Assembly (NCBI RefSeq): GCF_964355755.1
Contig: NC_092678.1
Span: forward strand, 23,701,365 to 23,765,364
From: Antedon mediterranea
Lineage: Eukaryota; Animalia; Echinodermata
Length of the DNA: 64,000 nucleotides
Direction of reading: 5' to 3'
How positions within the stretch are numbered: position 1 is the stretch's first letter; every line of letters starts with the position of its first letter. Below, one piece after another: positions 39,001 to 64,000 of this stretch. Position numbers and translations under genes: made by a program. The notes beneath the pieces are model-generated. The model was not told the DNA's origin and did not search any database. It saw nothing but the letters and a program-made list of their open reading frames with translations.

Positions 39001-42000
39001 TACAAGACAACTACAAGACGATATGCGTCCATACTCCCAGACCAGACTATACATAACCACACATTAAATAAACACGGATTGCACCCACACAGATTTAACG
39101 ATGACAGGAAGAGTTACATTTCCCGTAAATTATGCGCGAAATAACGATGGTAATTTAAATTGAACCAATAGTTAATTATCTTGTCATCATTCTCATATCA
39201 CCATTCTCTTTTATTCAAGAACGAACTTAAGCTGATGTAAGAGCTTGTGTAGCTCATAACTCCGATAGGTTTCGATGTTATGTTACACTACGCACGTTTA
39301 AACGCGAACAAAGTTAAACCGATTGATTGACTGACATAACTCCGATAGATTCGATGTTATGTTATTGACATATACGTTTGAACGCAAACAAAGTTAAACC
39401 GATTGATTGACTGACATAACTCCGATAGATTCGATGTTATGTTACGACATATACGTTTGAACGCAAACAAAGTTAAACCGACTGATTGACTGACGTAACT
39501 CCGATAGATTCGATGTTATGTTACGACATATACGTTTGAACGCAAACAAAGTTAAACCGATTGATTGACTGACGTAACTCCGATAGATTCGATGTTATGT
39601 TATGACATATACGTTTGAACGCAAACAAAGTTAAACCGATTGATTGACTGACGTAACTCCGATAGATCGTGCAAACTTATATTTATACTATTATTTTCTC
39701 TTTAAAAAATTAATCAATGCTAAAATACACCACAAGAAATTTAGCCTGGGATTGGAACATTTGTGGTTTAAATTGAGCCAGGGACGCCTAGACAGAACTT
39801 TATTTTTAGCACATTGTTTTTACATTATTAAAAAAAAATGTTAAAATTGAAATGCTGATAAATAAATCAACCGAACCTTAACTGAAATTCCCGACGGAAT
39901 ACACTGAGATTAAAACGACATAATGATACAATTAAATTGTTATTTGATAGGATTCTGTTCGGCTGATCTTTACACTGCCATAGCATAGGTTACACATACC
40001 GCATACGCGTTATATTAAAATGTGTATTACATAAGTCAAGGCTCAGTTGATACAAATGTATTTACTGTTTATTTCTGGATATTGAAATCAATTACATGTA
40101 ACAGATTGGTTCGTTCACAATTGTAAGAATTATATCTGCGTCCGTGGGGTTTAAATTAGAGTTCATGGTGTGATTAGAACTGAACAAGTTTGCAGCAGGT
40201 CACATACATTTGTTTATTTGGTATTCTTTTCTCTCTCTGTTTTTCTATGATTGAGTTTGAAATAGTCATAAATCACTTTTTAAATCGAACACCCCCACTG
40301 AAATTAAATTAAGGAATCTGTTTTGGAAATATAATACAAGTTATACAAACAGATCTGGCACTAATGGAAAAAACTGTATAATCACAGGTGGTATAATGGC
40401 TTTTAAAAGATGTCTACCCGTTTCTGATAAAATAAACACATAGTTTAATATAATACAAATTATTACATAAAATTAATAAATTATAAACATGTATAGCAAG
40501 ATCCAGAATGATGCGAATACAGATAGGGGAAGGAGAAGAAGGGGAGGGCTGCGTTAAGCAAACTTATAGTTTGAGTTCCCAAAAAGTGTGATATGTCCCA
40601 ATATGGTAGTGATATGTCCCAATATGGTAGTGATATGTCCCAATATGGTAGTGATATGTCCCAATATGGTAGTGATGTGTCCCAATATGGTAGTGATATT
40701 CTTAAATATGGTAGTGATATGTCCCAATATGGTAGTGATATGTCCCAATATGGTAGTGATGTCCCAATATGGTAGTGATATTCTTAAAAATGTATGGGCA
40801 AATCAAATTATGTTGGTCACATAATGTTTGATAGTGGGGACAGATCTTAAGTATATTAATTAGTATACATTATTATATTGAGAATTCAAGGTTTATGTTC
40901 AGAGCTAGAATGCAGCACTGCAACATTAGATTGTAACTGTTGCCACGATTATCAAAATGGATGAATTTAATCAAGATAGTATTAACTACGATGTTGATTT
41001 ACAATCTTAAGTTATTTTTATTCACAGTTTTAAGAGGTCGTATAATAAGTTCACGACAAGTGTTATACAACTCTAGCAACGGCCAAGTTGTTGAGGAACA
41101 TGTTGAGGACAGTGGTGTGGAATCTTTAACCTTACAGCCTAACTTTACACTGAGTTATGATGATGAGGACGGCGTCATCAAGAGAGGAACAATATTCAGA
41201 GTGTCAGTTAGAAATGTGTATAAAGGTGCTGAGCACTTGGGTGAGAATTCTGAAACAGAAATCTTCACGACAGCTAACACTAAATTGATGTCAAGAAAAA
41301 AGGCACGAAAGACCTATGTGTTGACAGGTAAAGTGGTATTCTTATCGATGTGTGTGACCATTTGTACCACCTCAACCGTCTGTTGATGACAATACTTAAA
41401 GATGCATTAACTTTATCTAAAATTCTAAACATGCTGATGAATTCTAAAAGATAACAATATATTTTTATATGAATTGTGATTAATTAAACTGATTGGTTCT
41501 TACTCGGACACAACACAAGTAATTTGACCAATCACGATGCGATTGCGATTTAATCATCAATCATGATTAGTCAAATTACTTGCGTTGCGCGTACGACGTC
41601 CTTGCTCGACGGTTATTTTTAATTATAACTTAGGTGATCATGCCTTATTGATTTACTTTTGTAATGTTTTTATGTTTTTCTTTGTACTTTGTTTGGCGAA
41701 ATAAATGATTTGATAAAACCAAGCTTAATTATGTTTACTTTAATGTTCAGGTTTTTTACGGCGCTCTAGCATTCCAATGGAGTACAGTCACTGTTCGTGG
41801 CTATTTGAACAGGGCCAGAATCCATTTGTCCATGGCTATTTAAACTTTTTAAGTGGATGTAACTGGATGGATGAGTGGAAACGACTGACGCATGAGCAAC
41901 GGTTGGCAATCAGTCGCTACTATAAACGAAACTGTCGATGTGAGGTACGTATGATCCGGCTTGAGTTGACAACATAAAGCTTTGTTCTCACTAGACGTAA

Positions 42001-42962
42001 CGCAAGGACGTAAACGTAACGCAAACGTGTTGACCAATGACAAGCGACCGTTCGAATAATACATCGCTTGTAATTAGTCAACTCACTTACGTTGCGTTAC
42101 GTTCTTGTCTTGCGTCTCAAGTGGGAACCAAGCATAAACAATTCTGTAAATGCGTACACTACAATAATTCAATTCGTCAAACTCGTTCAAAATTAGACAA
42201 TACTTAAGATATTTCTTCGGATGCTTAGCAAAGACATTGGTCCTTTGCGCAATCCTCAAATATAGTTTATACTTTTTATATTTGGTTATTAGTAAAGGCA
42301 TTTCTAAACCTCTAGTCTATGGTTTCCGTATAACAAACATGTCAGATGCAATCATTGGAAGTTTTAGACAAAGTGTGATTCATCCACAAAATGCAATTAA
42401 AAACCGCAAATATTTACGAAGAATTGCTAAATATATTAGGTATATTTCTCAATACAGTAGTGAACTGAAAATATCCTGAACTATCAAATATAAAAGTAGG
42501 TCTATGTAAGAAAGATTTTTACCTTGATTTAAGCGACGAGAACATGTTGGTTCCTTCCAAAGTTATGCCGCCCCTATGATCAAAATGGAGAAAAGCAGGA
42601 AAGAATGTGGAGCTGAGGAAACAACGAAGAGAAAGCAGTTCTTATAAATCTTCATCATTTTGACACCTTCAATTGGGAATAGGTTTGAAGAAATCAACAA
42701 AATAACCAAAAACAAAGATTATTCTGATTTATTAAAGAATTAAACATTTACATTGCAGATTGTTCGGTGCCACGGAAGACAATGGGATCCACACAGCTAT
42801 TGTTCTGGTGATCTGGTACGTGCTGTAAGCGGACACGGATGCACGATGAAGCTGACGAATGAGTACACGTTAACCAGACAAGTCTGTGTCAGGCGAAAGG
42901 GCGAACAGTGCCGATGGTTCACTGTGCCTACCACCAAGACAGAAGAAACAGAACAAGAGTAG
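33024..42962 (+). CDS. Divergent secreted TIMP-like (NTR-fold) protein B, ~278 aa, 4 exons
   Basis: Exons 33024-33162 (absent from the ORF track), 41028-41327, 41751-41944, 42759-42962 (phases 1,1,0; 837 nt). Signal peptide MSSFLFHTLMFAFCVSFSFA is followed by CHRYIAADSNFYVHKHPQEHFCEADF/VLRGRI, then VYKG, YVLTG, CNW, LTHEQR, YKRNCRCEI and CVRRKGEQCRW. Confidence 0.88.
34020..34140 (-). mobile_element. MITE family A copy (internally deleted)
   Basis: TCTGTCTACACTATCAGA...GTTTGATAGTTTAGACAGAGCT. Confidence 0.75.
35145..35366. mobile_element. Fold-back (palindromic) element, ~220 bp
   Basis: The arms pair along their length: TTTTCGTTCTAGAACTATA with TATAGTTCTAGAATGAAAA, and CCAATCAAATGACGTCATGAT with ATCATGACGTCATTTGATTGG. 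Confidence 0.7.
36401..36655 (-). mobile_element. 5'-truncated SINE with a Deu/Nin-like central domain
   Basis: Minus strand: B box GGTTCGATGC, then GGATAAGGACTATAAACCGTAGGTCC...TAAAGAACC...GAGTAGGGGGTTACCCCGGTGT (DeuSINE-like, recalled from memory), ending in a (TTCAA)n tail. Confidence 0.7.
38853..38996. mobile_element. MITE family B, degenerate copy
   Basis: Right end GCGTTGCGTCCTAGTGGGAACCAAACT and interior GGTCAACTCAC are shared with the copies at 41978 and 44134. Confidence 0.55.
39257..39667. repeat. 79-80 bp minisatellite, ~5.2 copies
   Basis: Unit TAACTCCGATAGATTCGATGTTATGTTACGACATATACGTTTGAACGCAAACAAAGTTAAACCGATTGATTGACTGACG. Confidence 0.92.
40556..40847 (+). mobile_element. MITE family A copy with the internal 21-bp unit expanded to ~9.5 copies
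   Basis: (GTGATATGTCCCAATATGGTA)n at 40588-40788; right TIR GTTTGATAGTGGGGACAGATCT; left TIR degenerate. Confidence 0.8.
41978..42134. mobile_element. MITE family B (Harbinger-like, TAA TSD)
   Basis: TIRs AGCTTTGTTCTCACT and AGTGGGAACCAAGCA, a palindromic interior, and TAA on both flanks. Confidence 0.75.
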
Positions 42963-43923
42963 AACATTAATGTTAAAACATTCAGCTGGTTACTGATTAC
43001 AATTCCTTTGTAGCCTAAGCATGGACCTATGTTTATACCTTCATGGCCTAAGTAATGTTGGGGTCCTCCCAATATACTGTAACATGAGCACAATTATCTG
43101 TCCTCAATCGTACTGAACAAAACCAATCGTCACATTGACGATTGCTTACACTTTTACACCGACTAGAAATGGTAAAGAAAGTTTTAATTTTAGAATTTCA
43201 ATAAACTTACACTCTGTCTCTGGTAAAACATATCACCATGATCTCACTTGCGATGTATAGCGGGCAGTTTAATGCTGAATATTACTATCGACGTACATGA
43301 ACGAAATGCTTATATTATACCGAACAAAAACAAATATGTATTTTCAATTATTATTAGTTTAAATCCGGATATAAACAACATTAAAGATTTCAACTACGAC
43401 GCAATTGTGATTTTAACACGAATTATTTTAGATATTTACTAATACAAACCATGATTTAGTCTCGAATTTTCATGCAAAAAGTGTGTGTTTTTATGTAAAT
43501 AGATTTTGAGATTCCGTTTATTTAAATTAATATGCAAATTCTACCTCTATTATACATTGAAGTTAAGATTTCACGAGTTTTTGAATCACCAATATTCCGA
43601 AAATCACTCGTGTGAACGCATCTCAACTTAGCCGGGTTAAGACAAATCCAAACATTTTTCAGTCAAAAACATTTTTTAGTGTAGAGTTTGATATTAAAAA
43701 CCAGTGCCAAGAATGATTGAGTCTAACAATATAGTTTGGCATTAAAACTCAGGGACAACTGCTGATAGAAAACAGCTATTTTGATATTTAGTGTAAGTAA
43801 CAAAAATAAAATGTAGTAGAGAAAACGAAAAAATATATTTCTAAATAGTAGAGAATAGTTGGATAGAGATTTAGTTACAGAATTAACTGTTACGTTGAAT
43901 ATCATACATATTGGGTAACCTAA

Positions 43924-44244
43924 AGCTTGGTTCCCACAAGGCTAGGACCCTAATCAATGACGTCTGGAGTTTAGTTATAGTGTGAACGCAGTGCCCAAAT
44001 GCACCTACAGATTGGTTCCCACTAGGACGTTACTTAATGACGTCACGTCCGGATTGTAGTGTGAACGCAGTGCACACACGCACAAAGTCTAAACAATAAA
44101 ATAGCTATAAGAAAATGTGTTATGACGTTATAAAGCTTTGTTCCCACTAGGACGACAACGCAAGGGAGTTGACCAATAAATAATCCATCGCTTGTGATTG
44201 GTCAACTCATTGTACTTGCGCAACGTCCTAGTGGGAACTAAGAT
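43924..44244. mobile_element. Cluster of MITE family B ends with one complete short copy (44134-44244)
   Basis: GTTCCCAC(T/A)AGG left ends at ~43930, ~44015 and ~44140; right end CGTCCTAGTGGGAACTAAG. Confidence 0.65.
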
Positions 44245-45529
44245 TCAATATTGTAAGCCTGTAATTTGTATCCAATATTAAAAACATTAAAATGCTAGTT
44301 TGACGGTAACAATAATTTATATGCTTTCTCATTTATGAATTTCAAAGTTTTCTGTGTGTAGATATGTAGGCCTCTTATAATGTTTCCTGTGACGTCATTT
44401 GGCGACAGGCACCCGTAAAATCCCAATTTATTATCTTGGTGAATCACAATAAAACACAAAGCTGTTTTTCCAGGGTGTGTATAAAAAACAACGGTTTATA
44501 TTAAACTATTTTTGAAAAATGTACTTTATAAAATGATTGAATGTCGTCTTCCAGGGGCTTAGATATTTTCCTTTAAGTAAGAACTTAACACCAAGATCAC
44601 ATTTCAGAGTAACTAGGACGGAGTCATACGTATTAGCCCCATTACCTATGCGCATTATCACTTACAGTGCAGTTATTTAACAATTATGATCTTACATAAA
44701 TCATGAATATTAGTGAAACCTGCCAAAACATATTTTTTCCGCTTTTTCAAAATCTATTTTTACAAACTTTTAAGAAAAGCGTTTCAGCTTTCTGTGTTAG
44801 ATCTTAAACTGCGATACTGTAAAGTCCAATTTACAAAACAAGGAGCGAAAAGCACTCGTAAGATACAGATTGTACGTGAAACAAGCTACGCGCTTTCCCG
44901 CTTAACAGTTGTTAGAGCTACCCAAAATAAAGTTAAATAAATAAATAACGTTATCTGCAAACTGGATGGATATTTTAAGTGACAAATTAACATTCCACAA
45001 TAGGCCTGGGCAGATATGTTGAAATTAATATGTTCTATGCTTAGTAGATTATGTGGCTACTTTTCACAACGGCGTAAGGAGAGTTGCGAATGCTTGAACC
45101 GTTCAAGAAGTCGAGGGAAATCGCGCCGAAAAAAGACCAATAGCGTACTTCTTTACTTTTGGTAAGACTGCCACGCCTACATTTAGATAGACAACAACAG
45201 ATGCAAGCCGGCGGTCGGGTGGTTAGACAAATCAGGTCATTTTCAGTAAAAATATATAACGGAACATATAATTATATTTCTTTTTAGAAACATTATTGTC
45301 ATTTCCGTTTAAATTCAAACTAAGATTTGTGTCGTCCAATTTTACTCAGCAAAGGAAATGCAAATCAGCTGTGCGTAAGCTAGTTTTCACTACGATAACA
45401 GAAACATAAAGCCGTTACTTTTAAAGGGGAAATTCACCTGTGCGTTCTTACTTTTAATCACAATTAGGGGCCTCATACAGAGGTAGCAGACCAATATGTG
45501 AACTCACTTTTCCTATTTGAAAGGTGTTA

Positions 45530-45713
45530 AGCCCTGTCTACTCTATCCAACTAGTTTGACAAAAAGAAGTGTGATATGCCCAAATATGGTAGTGATATGC
45601 CCAAATATGGTAGTGATATGCCCAAATATAGTAGTGATATAAAATCATCATCATCAATATATGGGCACATCACATTTTTCTGTCACATACAGTTTGATAG
45701 TGCAGACAGAGCT
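45530..45713 (+). mobile_element. MITE family A copy (3 internal units)
   Basis: Family TIRs at both ends. Confidence 0.85.
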
Positions 45714-46254
45714 CTATACAAAACTGGGAACATTTCGTTAGTAAAAATGTGCTGCGTTAGGTATTATGCATGTGCAGATTTATGTGCGACTATGTAAAAG
45801 TGATCTATCTCAAAATAATAATTGCTCTTTTTGCTTTTTTACAATTTTATTCCCAGTCTGGTGGTAGAGAAATGTTTGTAGAGGTCCTAATGCCTGCACA
45901 TATAAAGTATTCAAATTTATTATTCAAACAAAGCCTGTTGTAAAATACATTTATCCCATAATATTGAAGTTGTCATGATACGGATGCCGATTTCCCCAGG
46001 TACGTCGCCTCTGGGCTTTGTTAAGCATGTTCTCACAGATTTAGGTGTTCCTCACAAACAGGGGTGAAAGTGAAACGATTTATAGGTTTATTTTCAACCT
46101 TCTTATTCCCAGGTCCGTTTTATGACGCGTTGCACGTAGATGTTTTTCAATTCTCTACTGTTCGAAAGCGGGTTACATACGGACAAACGGACGTGTCGTG
46201 CGCGCGTAGAGATATGCCATGTGTAGGCCTACTACCCTGCGTTGGTATGACGTG

Positions 46255-49200
46255 GAACGGCACTGCTTTAGTGTGAACCAATCTTTAATACGTCGTGCGT
46301 ACTATATTCGTTTGTATGACGAGGCACGACCGGGGGCACGACACTTCTTTAGTGTGTACCAACCCTAGATGTGTCGTGCGTAGATATGCGTTTGTACAAC
46401 GAGGTACGACACTGCTTTAGTGTGTACCAACCCTGGATGTGTCGTGCGTAGATATGCGTTTGTACAACGAGGCACGACACTGCTTTAGTGTGTACCAACC
46501 CTGGATGTGACGTGCGTAGATATGCGTTTGTACAACGAGGTACGACACTGCTTTAGTGTGTACCAACCCTGGATGTGACGTGCGTAGATATGCGTTTGTA
46601 CAACGAGGCACGACACTGCTTTAGTGTGTACCAACCCTGGATGTGTCGTGCGTAGATGTGCGTTTGCATGACGAGGCACGACACTGCTTTAGTGTGTACC
46701 AAACATGGATGTGTCGTACGTAGATGTGCGTTTGTATGACGAGGCACGACACCGCTTTAGTGTGTACCAACCCTGGATGTGTCGTACGTAGATATGCGTT
46801 TGCATGACAAGGCACGACACTGCTTTAGTGTGTACCAACCCTGGATGTGTCGTACGTAGATATGCGTTTGCATGACGAGGCACGACACTGCTTTAGTGTG
46901 TACTAACCCTGGATGTGTCGTACGTAGATATGCGTTTGTATGACGAGGTACGACACTGCTTTAGTGTGTACCAACCCTGGATGTGTCGTACGTAGATATG
47001 CGTTTGTACAACGAGGTACGACACTGCTTTAGTGTGTACCAACCCTGGATGTGTCGTGCGTAGATATGCGTTTGTATGACGAGGTACGACACTGCTTTAG
47101 TGTGTTCCAACCCTGGATGTGTCGTACGTAGATATGCGTTTGTACAACGAGGTACGACACTGCTTTAGTGTGTACCAACCCTGGATGTGTCGTGCGTAGA
47201 TATGCGTTTGTATGACGAGGTACGACACTGCTTTAGTGTGTACCAACCCTGGATGTGTCGTATGTAGATATGCGTTTGTACAACGAGGTACGACACTGCT
47301 TTAGTGTGTACCAACCCTGGATGTGTCGTGCGTAGATATGCGTTTGTACAACGAGGTACGACACTGCTTTAGTGTGTACCAACCCTGGATGTGACGTGCG
47401 TAGATATGCGTTTGTACAACGGTACGACACTGCTTTAGTGTGTACCAACCCTGGATGTGACGTGCGTAGATATGCGTTTGTACAACGAGGCACGACACTG
47501 CTTTAGTGTGTACCAACCCTGGATGAGTCGTGCGTAGATATGCGTTTGCATGACGAGGCACGACACTGCTTTAGTGTGTACCAACCCTGGATGTGTCGTG
47601 CGTAGATATGCGTTTGTATGACGAGGTACGACACTGCTTTAGTGTGTACCAACCCTGGATGTGTCGTGCGTAGATATGCGTTTGTACAACGAGGTACGAC
47701 ACTGCTTTAGTGTGTACCAACCCTGGATGTGACGTGCGTAGATATGCGTTTGTACAACGAGGTACGACACTGCTTTAGTGTGTACCAACCCTGGATGTGT
47801 CGTACGTAGATATGCGTTTGCATGACGAGGCACGACACCGCTTTAGTGTGTACCAACCCTGGATGTGTCGTACGTAGATATGCGTTTGTATGACGAGGTA
47901 CGACACTGCTTTAGTGTGTACCAAACATGGATGTGTCGTACGTAGATATGCATTTGCATGACGAGGCTCGACACTGCTTTAGTGTGTACCAAACATGGAT
48001 GTGTCGTGCGTAGATGTGCGTTTGCATGACGAGGTACGATACGACACTGCTTTAGTGTGTACCAACCCTGGATGTGACGTGCGTAGATATGCGTTTGTAC
48101 AACGAGGTACGACACTGCTTTAGTGTGTACCAACCCTGGATGTGTCGTGCGTAGATATGCGTTTGTATGACGAGGTACGACACTGCTTTAGTGTGTACCA
48201 ACCCTGGATGTGTCGTACGTAGATATGCGTTTGTACAACGAGGTACGACACTGCTTTAGTGTGTACCAACCCTGGATGTGTCGTGCGTAGATATGCGTTT
48301 GTACAACGAGGTACGACACTGCTTTAGTGTGTACCAACCCTGGATGTGACGTGCGTAGATATGCGTTTGTACAACGGTACGACACTGCTTTAGTGTGTAC
48401 CAACCCTGGATGTGACGTGCGTAGATATGCGTTTGTACAACGAGGCACGACACTGCTTTAGTGTGTACCAACCCTGGATGAGTCGTGCGTAGATATGCGT
48501 TTGCATGACGAGGCACGACACTGCTTTAGTGTGTACCAACCCTGGATGTGTCGTGCGTAGATATGCGTTTGTATGACGAGGTACGACACTGCTTTAGTGT
48601 GTACCAACCCTGGATGTGTCGTGCGTAGATATGCGTTTGTACAACGAGGTACGACACTGCTTTAGTGTGTACCAACCCTGGATGTGACGTGCGTAGATAT
48701 GCGTTTGTACAACGAGGTACGACACTGCTTTAGTGTGTACCAACCCTGGATGTGTCGTGCGTAGATATGCGTTTGTACAACGAGGTACGACACTGCTTTA
48801 GTGTGTACCAACCCTGGATGTGACGTGCGTAGATATGCGTTTGTACAACGAGGCACGACACTGCTTTAGTGTGTACCAACCCTGGATGTGTCGTGCGTAG
48901 ATATGCGTTTGTACAACGAGGTACGACACTGCTTTAGTGTGTACCAACCCTGGATGTGTCGTACGTAGATATGCGTTTGTACAACGAGGTACGACACTGC
49001 TTTAGTGTGTACCAACCCTGGATGTGTCGTACGTAGATATGCGTTTGCATGACGAGGCACGACACCGCTTTAGTGTGTACCAACCCTGGATGTGTCGTAC
49101 GTAGATATGCGTTTGTATGACGAGGTACGACACTGCTTTAGTGTGTACCAAACATGGATGTGTCGTACGTAGATATGCGTTTGCATGACGAGGCTCGACA

Positions 49201-49365
49201 CTGCTTTAGTGTGTACCAAACATGGATGTGTCGTGCGTAGATGTGCGTTTGCATGACGAGGTACGATACGACACTGCTTTAGTGTGTACCAACCCTGGAT
49301 GTGACGTGCGTAGATATGCGTTTGTACAACGAGGTACGACACTGCTTTAGTGTGTACCAACCCTG
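46255..49365. repeat. 68-bp CpG-rich satellite array, ~45 copies, ~3.1 kb
   Basis: Unit GACACTGCTTTAGTGTGTACCAACCCTGGATGTGTCGTRCGTAGATATGCGTTTGYAYRACGAGGYAC; degenerate copies at the left edge and a sharp right edge. Confidence 0.97.
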
Positions 49366-50788
49366 TTTGTCACACAATGTACACACAGTGCGCACGCGTA
49401 CTGTATACATTTAAACAAACATTTCTGAACAACAATAACATTCATCTGTTTCAAACACATTTTATTAATTGTTCAATAATCACATTTTTTGTTACGCTGA
49501 TTAAAAATATGTAGGCCATGAAGAGTTCATCCTGGAATACAAAACATTTCACAAACAAGAATTTAGCTCTTAAACTTTATAAATGTTGACTCTGGCTGCT
49601 GCAAACCGTTCCTAAATCTTTCTAGGATGCGAAAGGTTGATGGATTTATAGTATTCAATGTTAACAAGTTTATTTTATGATAACAATTGACACTAGCCAT
49701 ATTAAATCTTATACTGTATAATCAAATTAAAGGCAGTTACTTTGTTATGGGCACGGCATTGTTCTCACATTTGAATGCGCAGTTTAAAAACAATCCTACA
49801 TTTAGTGTAAAAAAACAATCTTAACTATGGATAGACATTACAGACAAATCACACACAAAAGACAGGCTCATTGCACTATGATGATGAAAACACTGTTGGC
49901 AGTGTGTTTGCACAAAGACAGGGGAAATAGACTAGGCACTGCTCTACACCAATGAGATCTGCAAGCTCCTGTACTATGGGTAAGTGATTGCGCGTGGTTA
50001 GAAGAAGAAAGCGTACTGCAATGTTTCACTCACCCATCCACTGGAAACAGATTGTATCTCATTTCCACAGGTGAGTCTGACTAATGACTGGCCAAAGTGG
50101 TCAGGTCATCGGCCAAAATACGCTGTCAATCAAAGCTAGTAGATCTCACACTGATTGACATGTGTCAGTAAGCTTTCAACATATATTGACTCCTTTAAAG
50201 GACCGAGGATGGGGCAGTTTCTCTATAAAGGAGCCACGTATACAAGGATAAGGTGCATTTGGAAACTTACTTTTAGAAGAGTCAGGTTTAGTCTATATAG
50301 TAATATTATATTCCTATAAAAATACATTATAATATTAACAATAAGTTGAATATTAGTATAACAATAACCGTGCTAAATAATACAATTAAATATACAAAAT
50401 AACGCAGTGATGTTATTAGTAAAAATTATGTTATTCAAAACTAAAATGTATTGGTTCAACCAATTAATCATATTGCATATAATGACTTTTAAAGTACATT
50501 CAGTGACAGGCTTCCCAGAAGCGCTTAGAGAAATTATAACAATTAACAAATTAAAAATTAACAATTCTTACCTCCTTCAACATGAGCTAGCTAGTCAAGA
50601 ACTATCCTAAAGAACACACTAGGCCTACAGTTACCCTCATTCAAAATGGTGTTGAACCACATGCCACGCCTAGAGCTATCCTATTTGAAGTAGATGTTTG
50701 ACATTAAACCACATGCTAGGCCAAGAGCTAGCCTCTTTGAAGTAGATGTCAAAATGCTCCTGCACCTGACAAAGAGTTACCTTGGTGA

Positions 50789-64000
<13,212 letters not shown>

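Noticed and set aside
40554-40824. Repetitive ORFs (MSQYGSD, ICPNMVV, GHITTIL repeats)
   Set aside because: These are translations of the stop-free 21-bp MITE internal repeat inside an intron; the same applies to the ORFs at 45576, 52305, 2772 and 920.
46255-49365. CRISPR-like array, or protein-coding ORFs in the 68-bp repeat
   Set aside because: Units are contiguous with no unique spacers, there are no cas genes, and the context is eukaryotic. The many 64-96 aa ORFs arise from a unit length not divisible by 3.
46255-49365. Hammerhead-containing satellite (retrozyme)
   Set aside because: No CUGANGA/GAAA core on either strand of the monomer.

Overview
AT-rich, intron-containing eukaryotic DNA, most consistent with a marine invertebrate deuterostome. 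An echinoderm is inferred from the TIMP-like paralogues, the Deu-domain SINE and frequent TAGGCCTA, but this is not proven. Six spliced genes were reconstructed by hand with phase-consistent GT-AG introns: the 3' end of RAD52 (+), complete TPRKB/CGI-121 (-), a complete 10-exon peroxisomal ABCD1/2-type transporter (+) head-to-head with TPRKB, two divergently transcribed and strongly modified TIMP-like secreted proteins (one on each strand, not nested in synapsin), and most of USP19 (-, 5' end outside the window). Introns and intergenic DNA hold many non-autonomous elements: a 13-copy MITE family, Kolobok- and Harbinger-like MITEs, a Helentron-type HINE, tRNA-derived SINEs, and a Penelope-type hammerhead ribozyme. 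There is also a 3-kb 68-bp satellite. The main points of interest are the non-canonical TIMP pair, tandem arrays of duplicated splice acceptors in TPRKB and USP19, a SINE flanked by ~210-bp direct repeats, and a HINE whose empty site is preserved in a nearby duplicate. All coordinates and identities come from manual reading; no database search was run.
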